Assembly: GCA_951406725.2 (NCBI GenBank)
Contig: OX597817.1
Location: forward strand, 9,176,001-9,240,000
DNA from: Octopus vulgaris
Taxonomy: Eukaryota
Direction of reading: 5' to 3'
Length of the DNA: 64,000 bases
Both the position numbers and the translations under genes were made by a program. Of the stretch, positions 12,162 to 23,474 are shown piece by piece (positions within the stretch are counted from its first letter, which is position 1; every line of letters begins with the position of its first letter). Below the pieces are notes generated by a model. That model did not search any database, had not been told where the DNA came from, and saw only the letters and a list, made by a program, of their open reading frames with translations.

Positions 12162-12548
12162 GGCGCAGGAGTGGCTATGTGGTAAGTAGCTTGCTAACCA
12201 ACCACATGGTTCTGGGTTCAGTCCCACTGCGTGGCATCTTGGGCAAGTGTCTTCTGCTATAGCCCCGGGCCGACCAATGCCTTGTGAGTGGATTTGGCAG
12301 ACGGAAACTGAAAAAAGCCTGTCGTATATATATATATATGTGTGTGTGTGTGTTTGTCCCCCTAGCATTGCTTGACAACCGATGCTGGTGTGTTTACGTC
12401 GCCGTCACTTAGCGGTTCGGCAAAAGAGATCGATAGAATAAGTACTGGGCTTACAAAGAATAAGTCCCGGGGTTGATTTGCTCCACTAAAGGCGGTGCTC
12501 CAGCATGGCCACAGTCAAATGACTGAAACAAGTAAAAGAGTAAAGAGT
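12162..12548 (+). mobile_element. tRNA-derived SINE family A with internal (TA)n(TG)n and (AAGAGT)n tail
   Basis: Head ggcgcaggagtggctgtgtggtaag...gggttcagtccc with A/B boxes; many near-identical copies in the window. Confidence 0.85.
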
Positions 12549-12665
12549 ATATATCTCCTGTGTGACACACAGACACACACACACACCTGTACATGCTACT
12601 TGTAACATAATTAATTTTTGTTTTTCAGTGTTATCTACCTTGAACTTTCCTAAGACTGAGTCACT

Positions 12666-13590
12666 ATGTTCAAGATTGAATCCTATATTGCCCCACTCTT
12701 GATGGGATATGTAGATAAGTATGTGAAACTACGTCCTGAAGATTTCCAGCTGTCCCTCTGGGGTGGGGATGCTGTTTTGAACAACCTTAATTTGCGGCTC
12801 GATGCCCTTGAACAAGCAATTAATTTACCTATCAGCTTCAAAAGTGGACACATCCATGAACTTCATCTTCATGTACCATGGACACGGCTTGGATCGGAAC
12901 CTGTTGTGATTACTGTCAACACCATTGAATGTATTGTCAGGTTAAAAGATAGCACTTGGGATAGTGACAAGAGAAGTTCTAAATCAGAGAGCTCTACCAG
13001 GTCTACACCACAGACTTTAAAGATTAAGCCTAAGAGGCAACCTGTAGAGGAAGAGCTTCCACCTGGGTACCTTCAGAGCCTTGTCAACAAAGTCATCAAC
13101 AATGTCAATATTATTGTTAATAATCTCATACTGAAGTTTGTCGAAGATGACATTGTTTTGTCTGTAAATGTCAAGTCTGCAGAGTGCTACAGTGTCAGCC
13201 CTGGCTGGAACCGGGCATTCGTTGAGGTCACTCCAGCTGAACTGATTTTACGAAAAGTGATAAATTTTTGTGACTTGACAGTTTGTTTAGACAAATGTGA
13301 TAGCAGTGGTCGAATTGAAATTTACCAGGAGCCACTACTGTATCGCTGTTCCCTCAGTTGTCGTATGCACCTGACCTACCAAAGTCCTCACTCTAAGTTG
13401 CCATTAATTACCAAAGTGAACATCCTTTGTGAGAAACTTGATGTGTCTCTGACAGACCTACAGCTACCCCTTGTTGTCAGGCTTATTGAGCTGTGTTTGG
13501 CACTCTACTATGGAACCTTGCAATTACCAAATGAAGACAGTGACAGTAATGTGGAACCTGATTCACAAGAAGTTTTTCGGCAGTCAGCAG
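12666..13590 (+). CDS. VPS13B: VPS13B coding exon 1 (Chorein-N domain); acceptor at 12628/12629, ATG 12666, donor GTAAGT 13591, ends phase 1
   Basis: ESYIAPLLMGYVDKYVKLRPEDFQLSLWGGDAVL...GHIHELHLHVPWTRLGSEPVVITVNTIECI closely matches the VPS13B N-terminus. Confidence 0.95.
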
Positions 13591-13999
13591 GTAAGTGGTT
13601 TTTATTGAATTTTTTTTTTCTCTTTGCTTTTTGTAGAAATGTTGTCCCATATTGGAATAACTGAAATTATTTTTGTTGGAGCAATTGTTTTTCTAGCAGG
13701 ATGCTCTTCCTGCCACTAACCACTGAATTGTGCATGGCACCTGCAACCTTGCAGGAGAAATGAAGCTAGTAGGGTTACTTCCCTCGTCTTAGGTCTTAAC
13801 TTATTGTGGATTCAGTTAAACTCATGGTGATGTAGATAGTATCCATCATGCTACCCAAACAGCTTGTCTGCAATGAAAATATATTCCCTAATAACTTGAT
13901 GCTGTTATAGTACCTATTTATCATAAATATGACAAATTCTTCTGTAATAATAGCTGGAGACATTTATCTGTTAATTTAACAGATTATGTTGACAGCTAT

Positions 14000-14362
14000 G
14001 ATCATCATCATTGTTCGACCGTGGTCGAGACAATGGAATTTACCATGCTACGCCAGACTTCACGGTCCATCTTGGCATTACGGAGGTCCTGTTGCTGGAT
14101 GCCTGTATCCCTGGAGATTACATCAGGGTAGGAGAGAGTGCGCCCTCTGGTATTGCGAGTAGATGGCTTCCAGAGGAGAAGAGTGGAAATTCCCTCTTTT
14201 TCAGCTCTACAACAATGTCCAGCAAACTGGACTCTCCTACCTTTCACAAGAGATGACACAGGTGGTAGTTTCCCATATATTTGCATTTTGGTTGGATGGC
14301 GCTTCCACGAGAGATTTTGAGCTCTCATAAGGAGGCGAGTGTAGCTTCCATCCAACCGCCTC
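14000..14362 (-). mobile_element. RTE-group LINE 3' end (second family)
   Basis: DGSYTRLL...RRVQFAGHCCR...LLLWKP...RGR...MDREVWR C-terminus followed by a (tga)n tail. Confidence 0.75.
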
Positions 14363-15051
14363 TCTGATGATATAATGTAGGAATGTTGTACAGTATTATG
14401 AAAGCACTTTGTGTGACTTTAGAGAGGATATAATCTAATCTAATCATCAACGTGTGAGTCTTCTTCCTTTTTATAATCTTTATTTACTTATCCAAGGCTT
14501 ATAACACTGAGATATTCTACATTCTGTGCTACTTAATATGCCCCATCATTAATTTTACTAGAATTTGCAATGAAATTATATTTGGATAATCAAAGATCAA
14601 TCGAAGTCTAACCATTTCCACATATAAACTATTGTAAAACTGGTGTGTTGTGGTGCTTCTATTTTTCACTGACTCCTTCCTGTATATTACCAAAAGCATC
14701 TACAAGGATCTTAGGTGTAGGTGATGAGTCCAGCAGTATGCATGAGGTTAGATGGTATTCTACTTAATATCAAAAGGTTCTGAAGAATGACCAAAACTTT
14801 CTGGAGAACATAGAATCATATTCTTGAACTGCCCTATGTTGTTTGATATTATGTATCTACACTATTGTCATATTTCCAGCTTGTTAATAAGGTAATTTGT
14901 TGTTTAATTTATGGATTGCAATTTGTATAAAACAACAAAGTAACATAGTGGAATTCCTGAACTTCCTGTGACATTGAGAAGTAGACTATCAGTGACCAGC
15001 CTTTAAATGAATGAGGAAACATTTTGATGCATACCAATATATATATATAGA

Positions 15052-15218
15052 CCCCCTACACTCATGGAGTGGTTGGCGTTAGGAAGGGCATCCAGCCGTA
15101 GAAACATTGCCAGATCAGACTGGGCCTGGTGCAGCCTTCTGGCTTCCCAGACCCCAGTTGCACCGTCCAACCCATGCCAGCATGGAAAGCGGATGCTAAA
15201 CGATGATGATGATGATGA
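15052..15218 (+). mobile_element. RTE 3' terminal fragment
   Basis: Family terminus and (gat)n tail. Confidence 0.8.
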
Positions 15219-15413
15219 TATATATATATATATAAAATTTAAATAACGAGGGTGATAAATTGAATATTAATTTAATTAACATCAATTTAAAACCAGTAGC
15301 CTAGCATATAGAAAAATCTGAAAATTCAGAAAAATTTTTATACATGCTTATAATAGGGATAACCAATAAGTTGTCCTCGTGTATAGTTCTATAAATTATA
15401 TTGAATTGGAATG

Positions 15414-15482
15414 ATCGTACTGAAGAGTCCACGGGCGATGATTACATAAGTAAAATTGATAATGGCGAAACCGGTCTACAAT
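15414..15482 (+). ncRNA. Minimal type I hammerhead ribozyme motif (HHR1)
   Basis: atcgta-CTGAAGA-gtcca...tggc-GAAAC-cg-GTC-tacaat: core boxes intact, stem I 5/6 bp, palindromic stem III. Confidence 0.65.
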
Positions 15483-15539
15483 TAATTCTGTATTTTGTAT
15501 ATTTTCATCTGTCTTACCCGCTTATGTTCTTGTGTTTAT

Positions 15540-16115
15540 AATAATGAAATTATTGTATACAGTGCTCAGGTGCACCACAACTTGTCAGAAAGTGCGTATA
15601 AAGTGTATGCAGTAATGTATAAATGTCTGGAAAGTGAACAATGTATGAGTCAGATACATGCTTGTGTGTGTATGGAGGGGAGGAAATCAGGTGTAGTGTT
15701 GGCGAATCTCAGGAAGCATGGAAGTTTTGAAGGATGCAGTGCTCCAACAACTAACAACTGATGCCGGCAGTTTGTTCCATGCTTCAGCAACTCTCAGCGT
15801 GAGAAAATGTCTCCAAAAGTCATGGGAGCTGTGCTGTTTTCTGACTTTGTAAATATGTCCACGGATGTTAGACAGGTGGAATTTGAAAAGGTGCTCATAG
15901 TTATTGCTTGTAAGATGGTTAATAATTTTATGGGTGTCTGCCAAGTCAGCTGCCAGACGTCGGAGTTTCAATGTGTCCATGCCCAGGGAAGTAAGGCGTT
16001 CAGAATATGGCAAATGCCTGATGGAGGGTATTCTTTCGGTTGCACGTCGCTGAACGGCTTCCAGACGATTGATATCCTGGGCAAGATAGGGGTTCCAGAC
16101 CGGTGATGCAAATTG
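15540..16115 (-). mobile_element. CR1/L2-type LINE 3' fragment, (AAT)n-tailed family
   Basis: PVWNPYLAQDINRLEAVQRRAT...YSERLTSLGMDTLKLRR...RGHIYK...RVAEAWNKLP; sister copies at 26401-26810, 55350-55592 and 59978-60315. Confidence 0.85.
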
Positions 16116-17026
16116 CTGAATTTCTCTAGAGAACATCCTTTTCTTTGTAGTTAGATCTTAAGTGATCTTCTTCTAGCCTATTGGATGTCCACTTAGTGGT
16201 TATCCCTATTATACGTATATATATTTATATATATATTCTTACTATTATGAACTAATCATAATGCAAAAGTGAATATAACATTGTATATTTGTTTTTAATG
16301 CCTAGAATGACTCAACCCCAATAGAGTTGTTTGAGTCTTAAACCACAATCTCAGATCAACACACATAGTAAACAAATGAAACTGAAAGTCATATACATTA
16401 TATTTGTTCCTTAAAATATTTTAAGGAATCGGTAAGTTTCCTCTCTGGGGTAATGCTAAATGTAAATAGCTATGAAATTTTGTTCAGAAACAAACTTTTT
16501 TCAAGTTTCTTGTCTTAACTGTAAGTGAAAGTAATTGAAATAGATTGATCTGAATACATTGCATAGACTTATAAAGTTGAAAAACAGCAGGAAAGCAATG
16601 ATAAAATTGGTAAATGCTCAGAGATACTAAGAGATGTGGGTTCTAGTTACCCTGTAGCTTTTGTATTTTTCTTCTCTATTGTTATGTCATGTATTCGGCA
16701 TCACATTTGATGTATAGAAATCCATGTTTGTGGGTTCTTTCTCTTATATTTATATGTTCTGTATTCAACATCACATTTAATGTATCCAAATTTTTTTAGT
16801 GCAAATTCTACCTAAGTCTACTTTGTCCTTCATCCTTTCGAGTCAGTAAAATAAATACCAGTTGAGTACTGGGGTTGAGGTAATCGATTTGTCCCCTTAC
16901 ACCAAAATTTCAGGCCTTGCACATATAGTAGAAAGTATTGTGTGATCAAAAAATAATCAACGTAAATTGTTATTATCAGAATTTCAAGAAACTATCCTAA
17001 AAAATTCCAATTTCTCTTATATTTAG

Positions 17027-17238
17027 TCTTGGCAGAAAGCCAGGAAGAATCTGCCATTTCAGAATATGATGATCAAGGTTGGGCATCTTGGGCATGGTCT
17101 TTTGTTCCTCAAATATTACCAGAAGATTATGAAGAAGAAGACGAGGAGGAAGACTCCTTAAATAAACCTCGAAGAAAGCCATCTCCTGCTGTGCTGTGTA
17201 TAGGATTTTATATAAAAAATGCATCTGTCATGTTAAAG
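17027..17238 (+). CDS. VPS13B: VPS13B exon 2
   Basis: tttag|TC...AAG|gtttgt; phase 1 to 0; QGWASWAWSFVP motif typical of VPS13B. Confidence 0.92.
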
Positions 17239-17507
17239 GTTTGTCTTAGTTGAATTTTCCCTTATATTTTATTGGAATTCTTGAAAACATTTAAAAAAAT
17301 TCTATTTGATTTTTTACTTGGAAAAAAAAAGTTGCTTTATTTTATTGATGTACTTCACTTTTTCTTGTTCAATTCACCCAACTGTAAACAAGCTAATGAG
17401 GAACGTTCTGTGTTCACACATCATGCTATAAATACTGGTGATGCCTGGTTCAAATCATACCCTATGATCTTAAAAAAGTGAAGATGTATTAGATAATGTA
17501 GTTTTAA

Positions 17508-17950
17508 CCCTTTAGTGTTTAACCCTTTAGTATTTAAACCGGCCATATCCGGCCAAAATATTTAATCTGTTTTATGTTCAAACTGACCAGATCCAGGCTC
17601 TCACACCTACCCTACAATGTTATTCTACATTAAGTAATTACACCATCAAGATCTTGAAGATATGAGATAATGAATGATTAATTCAAATCAATGGGAATCA
17701 ATAGGCATTATGTTTGATAGAATAATCTGAACACTAAAGGGTTAAACTGGCCATATCCGGCCCAAATATTCGAAATGTTTTATATTCAAATTGGCCATAT
17801 CTAGCCTCTCACACCTAACCTACATTGACATTCTAAAAATAAACATTCACATCATTGAAACCTCAAAGCTATAACATAATGCATGATTAATTCAAAACAA
17901 TTTAAATGAAAAAGTATTATATTTAATAGAGAAATTTGAACACCAAAGGG
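17508..17950. mobile_element. Tandem piggyBac-type MITEs (family P2)
   Basis: TTAA-CCCTTT...AAAGGG-TTAA ends; related copies at 54498-55125 and 60882-61091, partial copy at 47570-47705. Confidence 0.75.
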
Positions 17951-18239
17951 TTAAAGAAAAAAAAGGAAAACTGATGTGATGGTCACAGCTGCAATATTTT
18001 TGATTCATCTGCTGAATCTGGGGGCTGAGCAGAGAATAAACAGCAATAATTTGGCTGTATCATTGATGATATTATACTTCATTACTCCTTATTGTAAAGC
18101 TGTCGCTGTGTTATTGATAAATGTTTTATTAGCTCAGAGTGATGGATTCTATGTGGCCTCTATTAAGAGGTCATGTACTAACAGGGACCATCTGCTGCTG
18201 GTCCCTATTATTCTTATAGTTTGCAAACACAGCAGTAAT

Positions 18240-18640
18240 TACTTGTACTTGTGGTGACATTCACCCTGGGCGAGTTGAGTCGGCTTCTTCCAGCACCCTC
18301 GAGGCATTGTATTCGCCATTGAGAATTCATGGAAGAAGTTTCGTGGGAATATGTGGATTTCACAAGCGGTCCCCAACAATCCTGCATGTAGAGACATCCA
18401 GTTTGCCACAGATTGTCCGCAGACGCAGGGGCAGAACGACCGAGGAGCCACCGGTTGCCGAAGCAGACACTCCGAGGATTTTCACCAGAGCCCCGTCTGT
18501 CGGGTTGTGGCCCTAATACCACTCGGTGTCAGACCAATCCACCTTGGGTGGCCCTACCAGGGACCGAAGTTCCCAACGGCATAGCTCTGACACTACCCGT
18601 TGCCAGTGTTCCCACCACGGTGAGGAGGGGATGGACTATG
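18240..18640 (-). mobile_element. Probable 5' UTR of an RTE LINE (BovB/Expander-like leader)
   Basis: Reverse complement ccgtggtggg...gagctatgccg...ccctggtagggccacccaaggtggattggtc resembles conserved RTE 5' leaders; GC-rich block. Confidence 0.5.
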
Positions 18641-18924
18641 GAGATGCACAGCAGAGCAGAGATTAACTCCCAGCTAGTCAAATCCATGACATAGTTTAAT
18701 ACCCAGTTGTAGCCATTTTCTTCCACTTCACTGCTGGTCAATGGACAACTGTTAATTACACAAAACTAATAATGACATTGCTTTGTACCAGTCTTAAAAA
18801 TAAGTACTGGAGTTGATCTGACCAAGTAAACCTCTCACGGTGGTGCCCCAACATGGCCACAGTCAAATGGAACAAGTTAAGGAATAAAAGAATGATATCT
18901 GTCTCATGTAAATGAAATTGTTAA

Positions 18925-19396
18925 CCCTTTTGATACCAACCCAGCTGAAACTGGCTCTGGCTCTGAGTACAAATGTCTTGTTTACAAAAGTTCTGAATTA
19001 AAATCTTCCACCAAACCTTAGTCACAATTTATGTTCCCTACACTAGTTTAATGATAACTAAGTTATTTTACTAAATTCTTTCTTAGATTTAAAGTATTTG
19101 AAAGAAACACAGAGCATCTCAACAGAAATATGGTAACAGAAGGGTTAAAATATATAATAGAGAAACAATTCTTAACCCTTTTGATATCAACCCGGTTGAA
19201 ACCACCTCTGGCTCTGTAATACAAATGTCTTGTTTTCATAAGTTCTGAATTAAAATCTTCCACCAAACCTTTGTCACAATTTATGTTCCCTACACTAGCT
19301 TAATGATAACTAAGTTATTTTACTAAATTCTTTGTTATATTTAAAGTATTTGAAAGAAACACAGAGCATCTCAACAGAAATACAGTAACAAAAGGG
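18925..19396. mobile_element. Two adjacent piggyBac-type MITEs (family P1): 18925-19144 and 19176-19396
   Basis: TTAA target duplications and CCCTTT/AAGGG ends; right end matches the piggyBac at 41508-42578. Confidence 0.85.
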
Positions 19397-19468
19397 TTAA
19401 AGTATTTTATGTTTGTAAATATTCAGATGATTAAAACTGAAAATTAATGTTACTATTTTCTTTTCCAG

Positions 19469-19675
19469 TTGACGGAGACTGTAAGGGAGGCTGTGCATTT
19501 TGGTCCAAGTCGGGTCTTGTTTCGACCTTTCATCTTTGTGGAGGCAGGTGGCCTTGCTGTCAGTGTGGTTCTTTATGGCCATTCCTACCTGGACGTTCAG
19601 TGTGGCATAACACATATTTGTATGACAAGTCAGGGTCCGTGTGTGTGTTCTTCAGTGTGTAATGAAAACATCAGT
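19469..19675 (+). CDS. VPS13B: VPS13B exon 3
   Basis: ttccag|TTG...AGT|gtaagt; 207 nt, phase 0 to 0, open frame. Confidence 0.85.
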
Positions 19676-20129
19676 GTAAGTCATACCTGCGTTGATCTTA
19701 TTGTATTCAGAGCATTCATTGTCACCATCCCCATCATTGTTCTCTTCATTCTCATCGTCTTTATGTTTGCTTTTCCAAACCAGCAAGGGGTTGGATGGGT
19801 CTATTTTAACTCTGTGTCTCTTCATATGTTGCAGTCCTTCCTTATTCCCCGTTGTGTTGCTCCTCATTCTGATATCTGTCTCACCACTTACGCTGATGTC
19901 TTTTTTTGATTTTCCCTCCATGTAGGCTCCTTCTTCTTGTATCATTTGATATGTTTCACCCACATATCATTCTTTGTATGCACCACATATCTGTATCATT
20001 GCAGTCTTCATCTTTATACTCATTGACCAAGACCTCTGATGAATGCTGTCATTTATTTGTGCTCCCATTACACATCCACTGAAGCATGCTTGCTTCATTT
20101 GTTTCCAACCTTTGTATATCCTTCACATC

Positions 20130-20463
20130 CGCTGCCCCGACTGGCCTCCGTGCCGGTGGCACGTAAAAAGCACCATCCGACTGTGGCCGTTGCCAGCCTC
20201 GTCTGGCCCCTGTGCCGGTAGCACATAAAAAGCATCATCCGATCGTGGCCGTTTGCCAGCCTCGTCTGGCACCTGTGCAGGTGGCACATAAAAAGCACCC
20301 ACTACGCTCTCGGTGTGGTTGGTGTTAGGAAGGGCATCCAGCCGTAGAAACATTGCCAGATCAGACTGGGCCTGGTGCAGACTTCTGGCTTCCCAGACCC
20401 CAGTTGAACCGTCCAACCCATGCTAGCATGGAAAACGGACGTTAAACGATGATGATGATGATG
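20130..20463 (+). mobile_element. RTE 3' UTR copy (3 repeat units)
   Basis: gtgcNggtggcacRtaaaaagcacc units and (gat)n tail. Confidence 0.85.
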
Positions 20464-20808
20464 TTGCTCAGTTTAGTGGTGTGAGAGGAACTATATGAAA
20501 TAACATTTAATTAGAACACTTTTAATAACTCTCATATAAAGAGAAATGATTTTTGTTTCAGCTTCCAATTTCTTATATTGAAGCTGCAGTTTATAACTTC
20601 ATCATAAACTATATCCTCCCCCTCCCCCATTCACTTGTACCCCCCTTTCCTCTGTACTCTTACAATCTCTACCCACCTTTCCTGATCCTTCTGTCACGAA
20701 ACTCTGTTCTGTTTATCTTCTCAGATATGTTACCTTGAGGGTACACTCTTGCTTCTCATCACTATCATCTTTACTTCTCTTTCTAGCTCCACTCCATCCA
20801 CCCCACCC

Positions 20809-20869
<61 letters not shown>

Positions 20870-20899
20870 CAAAATAAGCAACAAGGATATCCAGAGGTA

Positions 20900-20988
20900 A
20901 TGTAGTACGGTTGTTTCATGCGACTCCATTTAATTGAACAATGCAAACATGACATCAATTTAAAATGTAGAGCAATCTTCAGCTGCAT
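20900..20988 (-). ncRNA. Minimal type I hammerhead motif (HHR2) in a ~240-bp insert flanked by (TA)n
   Basis: Minus strand atgcag-CTGAAGA-ttgc...gcat-GAAAC-aacc-GTA-ctacat; stem I 5/6 bp; stem II imperfect. Confidence 0.55.
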
Positions 20989-21219
20989 AAAAATATAGAA
21001 TTTAGTTAAATTCGAAGGACTCATTTGTATAATTTTTTAATCCAAAATCACCAAGAGGATAAGGAGATAGATAAATTTTGATTATAGTCACCTTATTTTA
21101 AATTATATATATATATATATATATATAAACCCATGCTAGCATGAAAAAGGACATTAAATGATGATGATGATGATAATAATAATAATAATAATAATAATAA
21201 TCTTCTTCTTCTTCTGTAG

Positions 21220-21451
21220 TCTCTAACACTCTTGAAAGGAGGTGAATCTATTGATAACGATGGGTCCCTTTGTTACCTAACCAATTCATTGTTTGACATC
21301 GCCTGTGCTGAGAATGTTCTTCAAACACCATCCTTTATAACTGATTTTGATAAACATGTTGAAGTCTACACGGAACAGTATGGAATGCAAAAGTTTGGTC
21401 TCTTCTGGTTTGACTACCTTTATACTGTAATTGAACCGGAACGGAAAGCAG
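21220..21451 (+). CDS. VPS13B: VPS13B exon 4
   Basis: ctgtag|TCT...GCA G|gtgagt; phase 0 to 1; YLTNSLFD and KFGLFWFDYLYTV motifs. Confidence 0.9.
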
Positions 21452-21495
21452 GTGAGTCAACTGAACCTTTTTTTGTTTTATTTTAATGATTTAGT

Positions 21496-21666
21496 GGTGC
21501 AGGAGTGGCTGTGTGGTAAGTAGCTTGCTAACCAACCACATGGTTCCGGGTTCAGTCCCACTGCGTCGCATCATGGGCAAGTGTCTTCTGCTATAGCCCC
21601 GGGCCGAACAATGCCTTGTGAGTGGATTTGGTAGACGGAAACTGAAAGAAGCCCGTCGTATATATG

Positions 21667-21701
<35 letters not shown>

Positions 21702-21918
21702 CTATGTTTGTGTGTCTGTGTTTGTCCCTCCTAGCATTGCTTGACAACCGATGCTGGTGTTTTTTACGTCCCCGTCACTTAGCGGTTCGGCAAAAAGAGA
21801 CCGATAGAATAAGTACTGGGCTTACAAAGAATAAGTCCCGGGGTCGATTTGCTCGATTAAAGGCGGTGCTCCAGCATGGCCGCAGTCAAATGACTGAAAC
21901 AAGTAAAGAGTAAAGAGA
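21496..21918 (+). mobile_element. SINE family A, full length
   Basis: Matches the copy at 12162-12548. Confidence 0.85.
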
Positions 21919-22116
21919 GTCAGGAGTAATTGTCTGAGCCTGTAACTTTTGCAGGTTTCTGAAGACTGCTGGGAATGTTCATCTTGGCTGAAGAAAAGGA
22001 ATAGGATGAGTAGGGAATTCTGGAGGGATGATGCTCTGGGAAGGAAGGATTGGTTAAAGGGATTAGTGTGGCTTAGGTGTGGGTGGTAGGGAAATGGTAT
22101 GAATATAAGTACTATG

Positions 22117-22550
22117 AAGGCGGTGAACTGGCAGAAGCGTTAGCACGCCGGGCGAAATGCCTAGGAGTATTTCGTCTGCCGTTACGTTGTGAGTTCAAAT
22201 TCCGCCGAGGTCGACTTTGCCTTTCATCCTTTCGGGGTCGATAAATTAAGTACCAGTTACGCACTGGGGTCGATGGAATCGACTTAATCCGTTTGTCTGT
22301 CCTTGTTTTTCCCCTCTGTGTTTAGCCCCTTGTGGGTAGTAAAGAAATAAGAAACGTTAGCTTAGCTGTATTTCTTCTGTCTTTATGTTCTGAGTTCAAA
22401 TTCCGCTGAGGTCAACTTTGCCTTTCATCCTTTCAGGGTCAATAAATTAAGTACCAGTTACGCACTGGAGTCGATGGAATCGACTTAATACCTATGTCTG
22501 TCCTTGTTTGTCCCCTCTATGTTTAGCCCCTTGTGGGTAGTAAAGAAATA
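22117..22550 (+). mobile_element. SINE family B head-to-tail dimer
   Basis: Two units inside one 19-bp target duplication ggtatgaatataagtacta at 22096 and 22551. Confidence 0.85.
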
Positions 22551-22704
22551 GGTATGAATATAAGTACTAGCAGATGCGAGATGTACTATTATAGTAGTGG
22601 TAGAAAGGGTAAAATGAGGAGACTGCACATCTGTGATATTAGATGATTGGAGTGTGTTGGTTAGTGACTCTATGTCGATGGGTTGCGAGGCTTTCTTTTG
22701 CATG

Positions 22705-22957
22705 TTAAGTTAAGTTAAGTTAATTTTTTGGCTCAAAAAGCAAAAAGCAAGGCCATGTAGGGGGACATGGAGTTATGTACAGGGTGGTGTTCATGCAAAG
22801 AGTTCAGACCATTTGTGGTCAAGAGAGACTTTGAACCGAGTGGTCGTCGGCATCTTCACTATCTCATCCGGCAGCTTATTCCACGGATCCGCAACCTGGA
22901 CAGAGAAAGCCCCTCGCCTTCGATTGAGATGAAATCGTCGCAGATAGAGCTTTTCGG
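22705..22957 (-). mobile_element. CR1-type LINE 3' end, (TAAC)n family
   Basis: Near-identical to 11348-11655. Confidence 0.85.
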
Positions 22958-23474
22958 AAAGCAGCTGCAGGAGCTGTATATCATTGTGAGTCTTTATAGC
23001 ATTAGGGAACCGCTTTATTGTCTAAACCAGTGCTTTTTAAACTTTTTGCTGGAGCAGAACCTCAAGAAAACATTCCACTGGCTCAAGAGCCCCTGTGCAA
23101 TAATTTAATAGTCTTATGCACACATATCTGCACAGGAGACTTAAAAATTACTGCCGATTTTAGCAGTTTTGTAACTTCTTGCGGAACCCCTGGACTGTAC
23201 TGGCGGAACCCTGGTTGAAAACCACTGGTCTAAACCATTAACTGACTGTGAAGCCAAACTTTTTGTATGTGAAAATGTTATTCCATGTGTTATCAGTGAA
23301 CAACCTACAATTACTGAATGCTGCTTCACACTATCAGCGAACGGTTAACAACTGTTATTATTCAAGTGTTAATTCATGTTATCAGTGAGCACAGATAAAA
23401 AAACAGGTCAACAGAATCCCAGTAAAGAAAGATTAGTGACTTGTAGGGACACAGTGTTTTGTTATGCAACCATG

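Noticed and set aside
12150-12378. ORFs MLGGQTHT... / MSSNARGT... and their repeats elsewhere
   Set aside because: Antisense translations of SINE family A
13591-13664. ORF-track extensions of exons, such as 12666-13664 and 56398-57384 read as stand-alone genes
   Set aside because: Read-through into introns past canonical splice sites; the phases chain correctly into one VPS13B CDS
15354-15363. tagggataac, half of an I-SceI site
   Set aside because: Only 10 of 18 bp match, and it is part of a natural inverted repeat; no other vector sequence
20035-20095. ctgatgaatgc...gcatg, a possible fourth hammerhead
   Set aside because: No GAAA box or cleavage triplet follows stem II
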